Shown here: in pieces, positions 1-7,790 of the stretch
Numbering within the stretch: position 1 is the first letter of the stretch
How the letters are laid out: the number at the start of each line of letters is the position of its first letter
NCBI GenBank assembly: GCA_964451065.1
Contig: CAYVGY010000001.1
Location: forward strand, 1 to 51,839
Direction of reading: 5' to 3'
DNA length: 51,839 bases
Source of the DNA: an uncultured Halobacteriales archaeon
GTDB taxonomy: Archaea > Thermoplasmatota > E2 > JACPAO01
Made by a program: the position numbers and the translations under genes
The notes under the pieces: generated by a model
Databases searched by the model: none
Told to the model about the DNA's origin: nothing
Seen by the model: the letters and a program-made list of their open reading frames with translations, nothing else

Positions 1-536
1 TCGACGGTGGTGAACAAGGGGGTCGTCACGGGATGACCCTGCCGGTTTACCGAAGGGATTTGGTCCAGCGACTCCACGTACACCTGCACCCGCGTCTCGT
101 TGGCGCTCGCGCGGCGGGAACGAGGCATTGCGCCGCGAAGTTGAGGAAGCGACGGGCGATCAACGTAGACGTGCAGGTCGCGGCGCGGCTCGAAGAACGC
201 CCAACTGTTGCCGGCCGTGAACATGGAAGAAACGTAGGATAGGCCTCGCAACCGCTCTAACGCGCCGTCCGCCGTCATGGATACAGAAAACTCCGGCTCC
301 GGCTGAAGCGTCGCAATCCGTATGCTGGTTAGGTAGGTGAGAAGACGGTCCTCGTCAAACTGTAGCCCTTGGGAAGCGTCGTGCAGGACGCGATGGAACA
401 CAAGCCGCTGCGCCCAGGGGGCGACGCTGCTGGCGGTCGTCTCGAGGGCCCGGGCCAGGTGGGAGCGATCTTTGAATTCTTGGCCGCGGAAGACGGCCTC
501 CGCGATTTCGTAAAGGAGTTGATTCCCGCGAGGCAC
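1..536 (-). CDS. Partial CDS (N-terminal ~178 codons; continues past left edge): winged-helix-like protein, possibly AbiEi-like
   Basis: Stop-free minus-strand frame from GTG at 534-536 to the window edge. It is absent from the ORF track because no stop lies in the window. Translation VPRGNQLLYEIAEAVFRGQEFKDRSHLARALETTASSVAPWAQRLVFHRVL...HVYVDRPSL... has normal composition and GC-rich third positions. A TATA-like A/T run lies 22-37 nt upstream. Confidence 0.4.
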   Translation of the reverse strand, partial: MPRGNQLLYEIAEAVFRGQEFKDRSHLARALETTASSVAPWAQRLVFHRVLHDASQGLQFDEDRLLTYLTSIRIATLQPEPEFSVSMTADGALERLRGLSYVSSMFTAGNSWAFFEPRRDLHVYVDRPSLPQLRGAMPRSRRASANETRVQVYVESLDQIPSVNRQGHPVTTPLFTTV

Positions 537-557
537 TGAATACGTCTAGACACGTCC

Positions 558-573
558 AATATATATAATAATA
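558..573 (-). promoter_or_regulatory. TATA-like A/T run upstream of the left-edge gene
   Basis: aatatatataataata in an otherwise GC-rich context, 22-37 nt upstream of the GTG at 536. The spacing fits an archaeal TATA box driving a leaderless mRNA. Confidence 0.35.
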
Positions 574-804
574 CGTGTAAAAACGTATGAGCAGATTCGC
601 GAGACGTTGGGCTCCGGCGCGACCTTGGCCGCGTTCCTCCGCCGCGGGTAGGCGAAGTTCGGCGACTCCGTGGGCCTCGACGCCGGCGAAGCGGGCTTCG
701 CCGTGGCAGGGGTCAGCGGGGACGACCTGGGGAGCGTGTCCGACGGGCGAAACACTTCCTTCCAACCTCGCCGGCAATGGTTTGCCCATCATCGCCCTCG
801 TCGC

Positions 805-1314
805 TCAGCGGTTCAGAGACCAGAACGCGGCGTTGAGTCCGGTGGCAAAGAGAATCCAAAGGAAGTAAGGCGCGAGAAGAAGGGCGGCCACCCGACGGCG
901 CCTCCAGAACAGGAACAGCGTGATGGCGACCGCGACGTCCAGCGCCAGGATACAGACGAGGGCGGCGCCGCGCTGTTCGAGCGTGAAGAAGAGGGGGGAC
1001 CACAGGCCGTTGAGCGCCAACTGGCCGGCAAACGCGATCATGCTTGGGTCGCGCAATCCCGTTCCCGCGCGCCATGCCATCCAGCCGGCCACGGCGATGG
1101 AAGCGTACAGAACGGTCCAAGCGGGCCCAAACAGCCAGGAGGGCGGAGCCCACGAGGGACCATCCAGGTCTCGATACGCCGACCCCGCATTCACGGTCGA
1201 CCAGGACGCGGCCACGGCGACGGCTGCGACGGAACCGACGAAAATCGCCAAGGCCACCCAGTCGCCACGGGAGATGGCCACGGGCACGGAATCCACTCGA
1301 CGGTTATAGACCAC
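805..1314 (-). CDS. tspO: TspO/MBR family tryptophan-rich sensory protein
   Basis: 169 aa, 5 TM-like segments, Trp-rich. The motif PSWAPPSWLFGPAWTVLY...W...LALNGLWSPLFF...APYFLW is characteristic of TspO. Confidence 0.85.
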   Translation of the reverse strand: MVYNRRVDSVPVAISRGDWVALAIFVGSVAAVAVAASWSTVNAGSAYRDLDGPSWAPPSWLFGPAWTVLYASIAVAGWMAWRAGTGLRDPSMIAFAGQLALNGLWSPLFFTLEQRGAALVCILALDVAVAITLFLFWRRRRVAALLLAPYFLWILFATGLNAAFWSLNR

Positions 1315-1503
1315 GGCAGGGACCGCGATCCTCCGGTTGGCCGCGATTCGTCAAAATAACGCGGCGCACGTACAAGCACGACCCCCGGTTGCACAGGCGG
1401 CTCTCCGGGGACCCATGGCTGATCCGCGTGGTCCAAAAACTTGCGACGCAGGCTCCAAAGCCCGTATCGAGAGGTATCGCGCGTTTTTTCTTCTATTGAA
1501 GTG

Positions 1504-1518
1504 GATGCTCCCGCCGGG
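1504..1518. repeat. 15-bp direct repeat of the tRNA-Glu 3' end (candidate distal att site)
   Basis: gatgctcccgccggg is identical to 3438-3452 (last 13 nt of tRNA-Glu plus 2 flanking nt) in the same orientation. It marks the transition into a lower-GC segment. Confidence 0.5.
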
Positions 1519-1836
1519 GAGCGTCGTGCCCAACCGGAGGGGCGGCAACCGGTAAAATCCCGAAATCGGGGGGTACCGGCTCCACGACGGCGCTCCAGTT
1601 AGTCGATTGGGGCCCTCTTTTCTTGTCCTGATTCAAGTCGTCAACCGTTTAGGCTTGCGGTCAACCGGAATTAGCTCCTGATCGAGAAACAGGCCGCTGG
1701 GATTCAAGCTGTGGTTTGGCCAATAGACTGAAGGACTTTTCGGGCCGGCCGCCGCTCTTAACGGCATGGTTGCGACCACGAAATGTCGAATTATGTGCAG
1801 CGATAGTATTAATATTGTTGTGTCTATCAAATGATA

Positions 1837-1861
1837 GAAAGACGTTCCAAACACGTCTTTC
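1837..1861 (+). promoter_or_regulatory. Perfect 9-bp inverted repeat (GAAAGACGT-N7-ACGTCTTTC) just upstream of abiEi; candidate operator
   Basis: Read directly. It ends 6 nt before the ATG at 1868. A second 6-bp inverted repeat TCTATC-N4-GATAGA lies at 1823-1838, and the A/T-rich ttaatatt at about 1809-1816 is TATA-like. Confidence 0.4.
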
Positions 1862-1867
1862 AAGCAA

Positions 1868-2644
1868 ATGAAAGACACCATCGTTTCAAATCTGAGCGAT
1901 TCGCTTGGGCAACTAGAGTCGCAGATTCTGTCGACCGTCAGCCGGCTTGGGAAGCCCGGGATCACCCTCCAAGAAGCCTTCCTATTGGCCCCGGACCTTT
2001 CCCGGCGATCGGTCCGGGAAGCCTTTGTCCGGTTGGAGCGAAAAGCGAAGCTGATACGTGTTGCCCGCAGCCGCTACTTCTTGCCAAACGAAGAACCGGC
2101 CGCCGTGGCGTGTCAAGCGTTCCCGCCTAGCTACGTCAGCTTCTTGACTGTTCTACACGACGCTGGTTTCACCGAGCAGATTCCTCGGCGACTCGACCTC
2201 GCCTATGCCCGCATTCACCTTCGCCATTTTTCATGGCAAGGCCTGCCAATCCATTGGCACCCCATACCGCCCAGCGCCTTCCTAGGCTATCGTCAAAAGG
2301 AACCCAGCGTCCTCGAGGCGACCATTGCCAAAGCCTCGGCGGACCTTGTCCACCGCCAGAAAGACTTCGGAGGTCTAGAGCCCTATCGTGCCATTGTTGC
2401 CAAGTCGCTTCGCGACACAGGCCAAACAGAATACGACGAAGCCGCCGCCGCCTACGCGGAGCGCCCGACGACGCTTCGCCGAATCCTCTATTTGCGGTAC
2501 CCCGACGGAATGGTTCCACCGAATCTGCTTCGACTTCTCGAGAAGGTCGACCTTCACAACCCGGTGCAGTTCGACGTCGTCCGCCCTTCGAAGGCCAAAC
2601 CCATTGGCGGGATTCTCAAGATTCGGGATGGGAGGACTGCGTGA
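1868..2644 (+). CDS. abiEi: AbiEi-like antitoxin/transcriptional regulator (type IV TA)
   Basis: The N-terminal wHTH ...ILSTVSRLGKPGITLQEAF...RRSVREAFVRLERKAKLIRVARSRYFLP matches the AbiEi pattern (L.RL...G.L.R..RG.Y). Its stop overlaps the start of the AbiEii-like gene (GTGA). Confidence 0.7.
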   Translation: MKDTIVSNLSDSLGQLESQILSTVSRLGKPGITLQEAFLLAPDLSRRSVREAFVRLERKAKLIRVARSRYFLPNEEPAAVACQAFPPSYVSFLTVLHDAGFTEQIPRRLDLAYARIHLRHFSWQGLPIHWHPIPPSAFLGYRQKEPSVLEATIAKASADLVHRQKDFGGLEPYRAIVAKSLRDTGQTEYDEAAAAYAERPTTLRRILYLRYPDGMVPPNLLRLLEKVDLHNPVQFDVVRPSKAKPIGGILKIRDGRTA

Positions 2645-3426
2645 TTCGCCCCGAGGAGATTATCGCTACCGCCAGAAGAGATGGCGTCCGTCCCCAAGAA
2701 GTGGAAAAAGAGTACCTGCAGTACGCGTTTCTTCACAGTCTGGCCGGCAGCCCTGACGGACTCGTATTCCGAGGCGGCACCATGCTCCGTATCGCGCACG
2801 CCCACCCCCGGTATAGCGAGGATCTCGACTTCGTAAGGTTGCACAGCGTCGAAGAAGCCGAAGCAGCAGTGGACGAGGCGCTGCTTGACCTAAGAGATTG
2901 GGGCCTCAAGGAAAAGCACGACGAGCCTACACGGAGCGACAAGGGGACGCTAATTTGGACCGTCGAATTCCGGGGACCCCTTTATCGTCGAACCAATCGC
3001 GTGAACCGCATCAAGGTCGAGCTCGGGTCGACGAACGACGTGGGGCTTGATGCGGAAAACAGCATCGTCGGCCCAAGATTCGCCGACATTCCGTCTTTCG
3101 TAATCGCCACGCAGAACCGTCTCGAGACCACGGCCGAGAAAGTGCGTGCACTCGCGGAGCGGGATTTTGCCCGCGACCTCTACGACATCGCGCACCTCCT
3201 CCGCCTGGGCCTCCAAGCCCCGCGGGAACTCGTGGAGCGAAAGCTCGGGTGGAAGGCGGGGGATTCGCGTCGGGCCCTCCAGCCGCATTCTGAGATGGAC
3301 TACAACCGCGAGCTTGAAACATGGGTGCCGGCCGCCTCGCGGCTTCCTTGGCGCGATGCTTGGCGGTTGGCATGGCCCTACCTCCAGGAATTGCGTTGCA
3401 TCTCACTTCCAGCGACGGGAATCTAA
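2641..3426 (+). CDS. abiEii: AbiEii/AbiGii-family nucleotidyltransferase toxin (DUF1814)
   Basis: GTG at 2641 is in frame with track ORF 2233-3426 and preceded by ggagga. VIRPEEIIATARRDGVRPQEVEKEYLQYAFLHSLA...LVFRGGTMLRIAH...RYSEDLDF is the typical AbiEii N-terminal NTase signature. Confidence 0.8.
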   Translation: MIRPEEIIATARRDGVRPQEVEKEYLQYAFLHSLAGSPDGLVFRGGTMLRIAHAHPRYSEDLDFVRLHSVEEAEAAVDEALLDLRDWGLKEKHDEPTRSDKGTLIWTVEFRGPLYRRTNRVNRIKVELGSTNDVGLDAENSIVGPRFADIPSFVIATQNRLETTAEKVRALAERDFARDLYDIAHLLRLGLQAPRELVERKLGWKAGDSRRALQPHSEMDYNRELETWVPAASRLPWRDAWRLAWPYLQELRCISLPATGI

Positions 3427-3437
3427 CCTGCGGAGTT

Positions 3438-3452
3438 GATGCTCCCGCCGGG
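3438..3452. repeat. Proximal copy of the 15-bp repeat (tRNA-Glu 3' end)
   Basis: gatgctcccgccggg, identical to 1504-1518. Confidence 0.5.
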
Positions 3453-3512
3453 ATTTGAACCCGGGTCGGGGGCTCGAAAGGCCCCTATCCTTGGCCACTA
3501 GACTACGGGAGC
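3440..3512 (-). tRNA. tRNA-Glu (anticodon UUC)
   Basis: The reverse complement GCTCCCGTAGTCTAGTGGCCAAGGATAGGGGCCTTTCGAGCCCCCGACCCGGGTTCAAATCCCGGCGGGAGCA folds as a cloverleaf. Anticodon loop is CTTTCGA. No encoded CCA and no intron. Confidence 0.9.
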
Positions 3513-3615
3513 AAGAAGGCGAAGGCCTGGTGGCCCGTCCCGCACAGGCCCGGACCTTTTAAGCGGCGCGGTGCCTTCGCGTCAAGCCCCGGTCGCGCCC
3601 TCATTTCCGACTCAA

Positions 3616-3688
3616 TAGCCCCGCCCGGATTCGAACCGGGGTCGCAGGATCCAAAGTCCCGCATCCTTGACCACTAGACTACGGGGCT
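3616..3688 (-). tRNA. tRNA-Gln (anticodon UUG)
   Basis: The reverse complement AGCCCCGTAGTCTAGTGGTCAAGGATGCGGGACTTTGGATCCTGCGACCCCGGTTCGAATCCGGGCGGGGCTA folds as a cloverleaf. It has an A1:U72 pair and anticodon loop CTTTGGA. A TATA-like tatttaa at 3721-3727 lies upstream. Confidence 0.9.
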
Positions 3689-3830
3689 GCGATGCGAACG
3701 GCGCGGCTAGAAGACGTTCGTATTTAACCCTAGGCGGGCCCGCGCCGCGGAACCCGCGCAGGAAGCCGGCTGCGCCTGCAGGCCGGTCCACGCCACCAGG
3801 TTAAGCCGCCCTCCCGCCTGGCTTCGATCG

Positions 3831-4478
3831 GTGAACCCCATGCGGTCCCCCCTGCGAAACCTCCGAAACATGCTCGCCGCCCTGACCCTCGTCGCCATCC
3901 TTACCGCCGGCGCCCCCGGCGCCGCGGCGCACCCCGTGGACGTCTTCAATTTCTTCGCCGGACCCGTGGCTTTCCCGGCGTTCATCCCACCTTTCTCTCC
4001 GCCTTCCTTCATGCTCCCGACCTTCGCGATCAGCGGCGTCACCGCCGACGACACGTTCACCGGCAGCTTCATCGGCGCCGGCGACTGCGACGACGTCGGC
4101 CAGGCCTGCCTCATCCTCCCCACCTGGAACCCCTTCATCGGGGGCCCCGTGGGCGCCTTCGACTGCGAGATCGTCTCGGCCGCCGGCCCCTGGGTCGCCC
4201 TCCCCACGGTGTTCCTCGCCCAGGACCTCAACGGCAACAACATCATCGAGACCGGCGCCGACCTCATCATGACGATCGGGTTCCCCTACGGCAGCCCCGG
4301 CGGCCCCATCCCGCCCTTCCTGGGCCCCGCGGGCGCCTACGGCGGCGGCTTCTTCCTCATCGCCGGCGGACCCTTCATCCCCGGGATGCCCATCCACTTC
4401 ATCGCTGCCCACCCCGGGTTCCCGGTGACGCCCGCCTCCGCCCTGCTCCAGTTGGGCGTGACCTGCTGGGTCATGTAG
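3831..4478 (+). CDS. Secreted hypothetical protein (Gly/Pro/Phe-rich)
   Basis: Strong GC3 bias. Signal-peptide-like N-terminus NMLAALTLVAILTAGAPGAAAHP. TATA-like ggttaagcc about 28 nt upstream of the GTG start. Confidence 0.6.
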   Translation: MNPMRSPLRNLRNMLAALTLVAILTAGAPGAAAHPVDVFNFFAGPVAFPAFIPPFSPPSFMLPTFAISGVTADDTFTGSFIGAGDCDDVGQACLILPTWNPFIGGPVGAFDCEIVSAAGPWVALPTVFLAQDLNGNNIIETGADLIMTIGFPYGSPGGPIPPFLGPAGAYGGGFFLIAGGPFIPGMPIHFIAAHPGFPVTPASALLQLGVTCWVM

Positions 4479-4490
4479 GACCCAACCTCT

Positions 4491-4519
4491 GGAGCGCCGG
4501 ACTTCCTCCCCGGCGCTCC
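4491..4519 (+). terminator. Hairpin (10-bp perfect stem, 9-nt loop) after the 3831-4478 CDS
   Basis: GGAGCGCCGG-acttcctcc-CCGGCGCTCC, followed by a pyrimidine/T-rich tract. Confidence 0.35.
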
Positions 4520-4563
4520 GCTCTCTTCCTGCGCTTTGGGTCCGCTGGCCCATGGCGGGACGA

Positions 4564-4585
4564 GTTGGCACCACGTGGTGCCAAC
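4564..4585. repeat. 22-bp perfect palindrome GTTGGCACCACGTGGTGCCAAC (copy 1)
   Basis: Self-complementary with a CACGTG core. A second copy at 4846-4867 differs at one base. Confidence 0.85.
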
Positions 4586-4638
4586 TTATTCTAACTTTCA
4601 CGAATCCCAAGATAAAAAACATTAGTCAAAAAAGCGCA

Positions 4639-4992
4639 ATGATGGCCATGTTCCTGCGCTTCAAACGCGTGAAGGGTCGCGAATACCTCTTTCTGGTGGA
4701 GAATTACCGATTGGCGGGCCGCGTGCGGCAACGGATCATCCATAGTTTCGGCCGTCGTGAACGGATCCAGATGAACACCGTACGACAGGTGTTGGCGAGG
4801 ATGCCCGGTTTCGCCTACTTCACCATAGATGCGCCGGAACCGCGGGTTGGCACTACGTGGTGCCAACCGACCCTGCGCGACGCAAGATTTGGGCGCAGGC
4901 GTCCCGGGCCAATTCGTCCAACGGACGTCGAGCGTCCAACCGGATCCATCGACGCGGGTCACGCCGCGCCAACCGACGATAATTCGCGGTGA
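4639..4992 (+). pseudogene. Small ORF, probably an N-terminal gene fragment (KVRQ-type module); coding signal fades after about 4845
   Basis: MMAMFLRFKRVKGREYLFLVENYRLAGRVRQRIIHSFGRRERI... From memory it resembles the N-terminal module of IS1634/IS4-like transposases. An A/T-rich promoter-like stretch (gataaaaaac) lies 20-30 nt upstream. Past the second palindrome the frame is antisense to tmk and loses GC3 bias. Confidence 0.35.
4846..4867. repeat. 22-bp palindrome copy 2 (GTTGGCACTACGTGGTGCCAAC, one mismatch)
   Basis: The single mismatch creates, on the minus strand, the TAG stop of tmk (..GTT GGC ACC ACG TAG). Confidence 0.85.
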
Positions 4993-5464
4993 CCTTCGCT
5001 AGGAACCGCTCGCGTTCGTAGGGTTCCTTGACGTGGCGGTGTCGGATGCGTCGGAGCGCCGCCTCGGGGGGGAGGTCGAGCCAGACGACAACGTCGGGAC
5101 GCGGGAATACGGCCGCTTGGAAGAGCCGCAGCGTCTCGAGCGGGTTCCTGAGCGTGCTGTTCAAGGCGGCCGCCTGGTACGCGGTCGTGGAATCGGTGAA
5201 ACGGTCGGTGAGGACGATGTCGCCGCGCAGCAGGCTGGGCCCCAATTGAGCGACGTGCACGGCGCGGTCCGCCAGGAAGAGGCCGGCCTGCGCGAGCGGG
5301 TGCGTGCGCCCTCGCAGTCCTTTGCGCACGAGGCGGCCGCTCCAACCCCTCGTCGGCTCCTGCGTCACGACGACGCGCAACTTGCGCGCGCGAAGGCGCC
5401 GCGCCACGAGCGGGACGAGCGTCGACTTGCCGCTGCCGTCGATCCCCTCGAAGGCGACGAGCAC
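4853..5464 (-). CDS. tmk: dTMP (thymidylate) kinase
   Basis: The sequence VAFEGIDGSGKST...VVTQEPT...DRF..S..AYQ carries the P-loop and Tmk motifs. GTG start. The last 4 codons plus the stop lie inside palindrome copy 2. Confidence 0.9.
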   Translation of the reverse strand: MLVAFEGIDGSGKSTLVPLVARRLRARKLRVVVTQEPTRGWSGRLVRKGLRGRTHPLAQAGLFLADRAVHVAQLGPSLLRGDIVLTDRFTDSTTAYQAAALNSTLRNPLETLRLFQAAVFPRPDVVVWLDLPPEAALRRIRHRHVKEPYERERFLAKVTANYRRLARRDPRRWIRLDARRPLDELARDACAQILRRAGSVGTT

Positions 5465-5477
5465 GCGTTCGGAATTC

Positions 5478-5492
5478 TTATAACAGTTTAAA
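5478..5492. promoter_or_regulatory. Divergent promoter core: TTATAA and TTTAAA hexamers between tmk and the 5509 CDS
   Basis: TTTAAA (5487-5492) is centred about 26 nt from the tmk GTG (5464). TTATAA (5478-5483) is centred about 28 nt from the ATG at 5509. Confidence 0.4.
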
Positions 5493-5508
5493 GGGGTATG
5501 TCGGGAGA

Positions 5509-7698
5509 ATGCGTCTCGACGCGCCCCGGTTCCTTGTCGCCGCGGCGTTCCTTCTGCCCGCCGTCGTCGCCGCGCCGCAGGCGATCCCGCCGGGCGCCCC
5601 CGGCGACCCTACGGCCTATCCCAGTCCCCACGAATTCGCGTACGCCGCGGTCGAACGTCTCCAGACGTCGCAAGGCCTCGTGCCGGAGCGTTCCGCCAGC
5701 ACCAACTTCCTCACGCGGGATCAGATGATCGCCGTCGTGGCCCATCTTCACCAGGCCGACCTTTTCCCGCACCGCGCCGCCGACCACGTCGAGAGGGCGG
5801 AAGCGGTCTGGGACGCCGCCCAGACGGCGTGGGATCCCATCGCGAAGTTCTACGACGTCACGCTCGCCTCCGACAGCCAATGTGTCCAGCTCGAAACCAC
5901 CGCCTGGGCGCTTCTGGCCGCCAGCCGGCTGGACAACGCCACGGATCGACCCGAGGTCCAGACGCGCGCCGCCGACGTCGCCGCCACGCTGCGCGACGCG
6001 GTCGTGCTCGGAAGAGCCAACGGCGTCAACCGGTGCCAGTTCGACGCCGAGCTGCCCTCCCAATGGCCGCTGCCGGTTTGGGCTCTCCTCGAGTACGCGC
6101 GCACGCATGGGTCTGCCGCCGCCCGCGACGCGGCCCTGGCCCGTCTGCGCGCCGAGATTGCGGCGCGTTACGAGGAGGCCTTCCTCGACCTGTCCGGCCT
6201 GTACCTCGTCCAGATGAACGCCCAGTATCTCCTGGTCCTCCAAGAGGCCGCCCAACACGCCTCGCCCGCCGAGTTCGGGCCCCGCCGCGACGACCTTGCC
6301 GCGTTCCTGGGCGCCCACGCCCTGGTGGAAGAACCCGGACTCCTCCTGGCCTATGATGTCGATGCCGCGACGCTGCGCGCCCTCCACTTCTCCGACTCCA
6401 TCGCCCAGCTCTGGCTCGCCTATGCCCTCCATAACCAGGTCGTCCTCGACCCCACCTCGATTCCGGTCGAGGCCGCCCCCCAACGACTCCTCGCGGCGCT
6501 CGTATCCCGTTTTGCCGCCAACGACGCAGGCGGGTTCGTCGACGAGACCGGTGCCGTCCACGCCGCCCTCAACACCCTCGCGGCCGCCTTCACGCTCGGG
6601 CCCGCGCTCGCGCAAGCCAACGCCGACAAGCCCCGCCTCGCCTTCGTCGTGCCCGCCGTCCCCGATTTCCAATACCCCAACCCCGGCGCCCCCAACGCCA
6701 AGGACTACTACCTGCGCAACAGCTGGGACTTCCGCTTCACACTCGACCCCCAGGGACCCGGCGCCCAATCCGTGCTGCTGCCGCTGCCCCGCCTCGGCCC
6801 CCGCGTGCGCCCACCCGCCAGCACGCCCTGCTCGCCCAGCCCCGCGCTCAACCTTCTCGGAGGAGCCGCCGTCCCGAGCCAGACCACAGGAAATGTGTTC
6901 CCGATCCTCCAGTTCCCCCGCGCCGCCTCGACCGAACCGCTGGAGTACCGCCTCACCGCGTACGCGCCGGTCTACCCCGTGGCCTCTGCCAACGGGGAAT
7001 TCCTCCTCGTCCGTCTCCGCAGCGATGCACCGACGCCCTTCGAGATCGACAACCTCCGCCTCGAACTGGCGCTCGATAACGTCAAGGTTGACGGGATCCG
7101 GCTCAACGACCAACTTCTGCCGCGCACCAGCTACGAGCTCACCGACGTGACCAGCACGGATTACCTGCCCGAGGCCCACGAGCGCCTCGAACTCTTCGGG
7201 ACGACGCTTCGCGCCGGCCAGAACGAGATCCGCATCCTCTACACCGACATCGAGAAACCCGTCGTCGAATCGGTCGAAGTCTCCAAGGACGCGGCGGGCC
7301 GGAACCTCCTCGACCTCGAGGGCGACCGTTACCGCCTGGGCCCCACCGGCGTCGCCTACGTGCGCGCCCGGGTCGCCGACAACGCCGGCCTCCGCTCGGT
7401 GACGCTCCGCCTCATGGAAGGCAACGGCACCGATTACGACATGGAGCGCAGCCCCGAGGACCCCGACGTCTACGTCGCCCGCGTGCCCGGCATCCCCCAG
7501 AACGCGCCCACCACGTTCCAGATCCGCGCCGTGGACGGCCAAGGCAACCTCAACGACACGGTCCTCCTCAAGATCCAGGCGGAATCCACCCTTCTCCAGG
7601 AAGGCAACCTTATCCTCCTCGTCTTCAGCGGGACGCTGTTCGTCACGGCCGTCGTCATCTACGTCAAGATGGGCCGCCGCAGGTCCACGAAACGCTAG
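5509..7698 (+). CDS. Large surface protein with signal peptide and C-terminal TM anchor
   Basis: 729 aa. N-terminal FLVAAAFLLPAVVAAPQA. C-terminal LILLVFSGTLFVTAVVIYV followed by KMGRRRSTKR. Strong GC3 bias. The long antisense ORF is judged a shadow. Confidence 0.7.
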   Translation: MRLDAPRFLVAAAFLLPAVVAAPQAIPPGAPGDPTAYPSPHEFAYAAVERLQTSQGLVPERSASTNFLTRDQMIAVVAHLHQADLFPHRAADHVERAEAVWDAAQTAWDPIAKFYDVTLASDSQCVQLETTAWALLAASRLDNATDRPEVQTRAADVAATLRDAVVLGRANGVNRCQFDAELPSQWPLPVWALLEYARTHGSAAARDAALARLRAEIAARYEEAFLDLSGLYLVQMNAQYLLVLQEAAQHASPAEFGPRRDDLAAFLGAHALVEEPGLLLAYDVDAATLRALHFSDSIAQLWLAYALHNQVVLDPTSIPVEAAPQRLLAALVSRFAANDAGGFVDETGAVHAALNTLAAAFTLGPALAQANADKPRLAFVVPAVPDFQYPNPGAPNAKDYYLRNSWDFRFTLDPQGPGAQSVLLPLPRLGPRVRPPASTPCSPSPALNLLGGAAVPSQTTGNVFPILQFPRAASTEPLEYRLTAYAPVYPVASANGEFLLVRLRSDAPTPFEIDNLRLELALDNVKVDGIRLNDQLLPRTSYELTDVTSTDYLPEAHERLELFGTTLRAGQNEIRILYTDIEKPVVESVEVSKDAAGRNLLDLEGDRYRLGPTGVAYVRARVADNAGLRSVTLRLMEGNGTDYDMERSPEDPDVYVARVPGIPQNAPTTFQIRAVDGQGNLNDTVLLKIQAESTLLQEGNLILLVFSGTLFVTAVVIYVKMGRRRSTKR

Positions 7699-7790
7699 TG
7701 CCGCTTGGAGGAAGGTTCTTCGCCGGCGAAGCCGCCCGCGACGGGGAGCCCTTTTGGACGTAGGGTCGAATTACCTTTCTGGAGTAGACA

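Noticed and set aside
1633-1965. 110-aa minus-strand ORF in the A/T-rich spacer, considered as a possible integrase remnant for the AbiE islet
   Set aside because: No integrase-like motifs (no R..HxxR..Y pattern). It overlaps the abiEi start and promoter, and its composition is odd. It is most likely non-coding spacer.
4552-4638. Upstream extension of the small cassette ORF through palindrome copy 1 (track start 4552)
   Set aside because: It would translate the palindrome and the A/T-rich promoter-like stretch. The ATG cluster at 4639-4650 downstream of the A/T box is a more sensible start.
5488-7542. 684-aa minus-strand ORF opposite the surface-protein gene
   Set aside because: Gly/Arg/Glu/Val-rich low-complexity translation with no motifs. 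It lies antisense to a frame with a clear signal peptide, a TM anchor and GC3 bias, so it is a typical shadow ORF of a high-GC genome.
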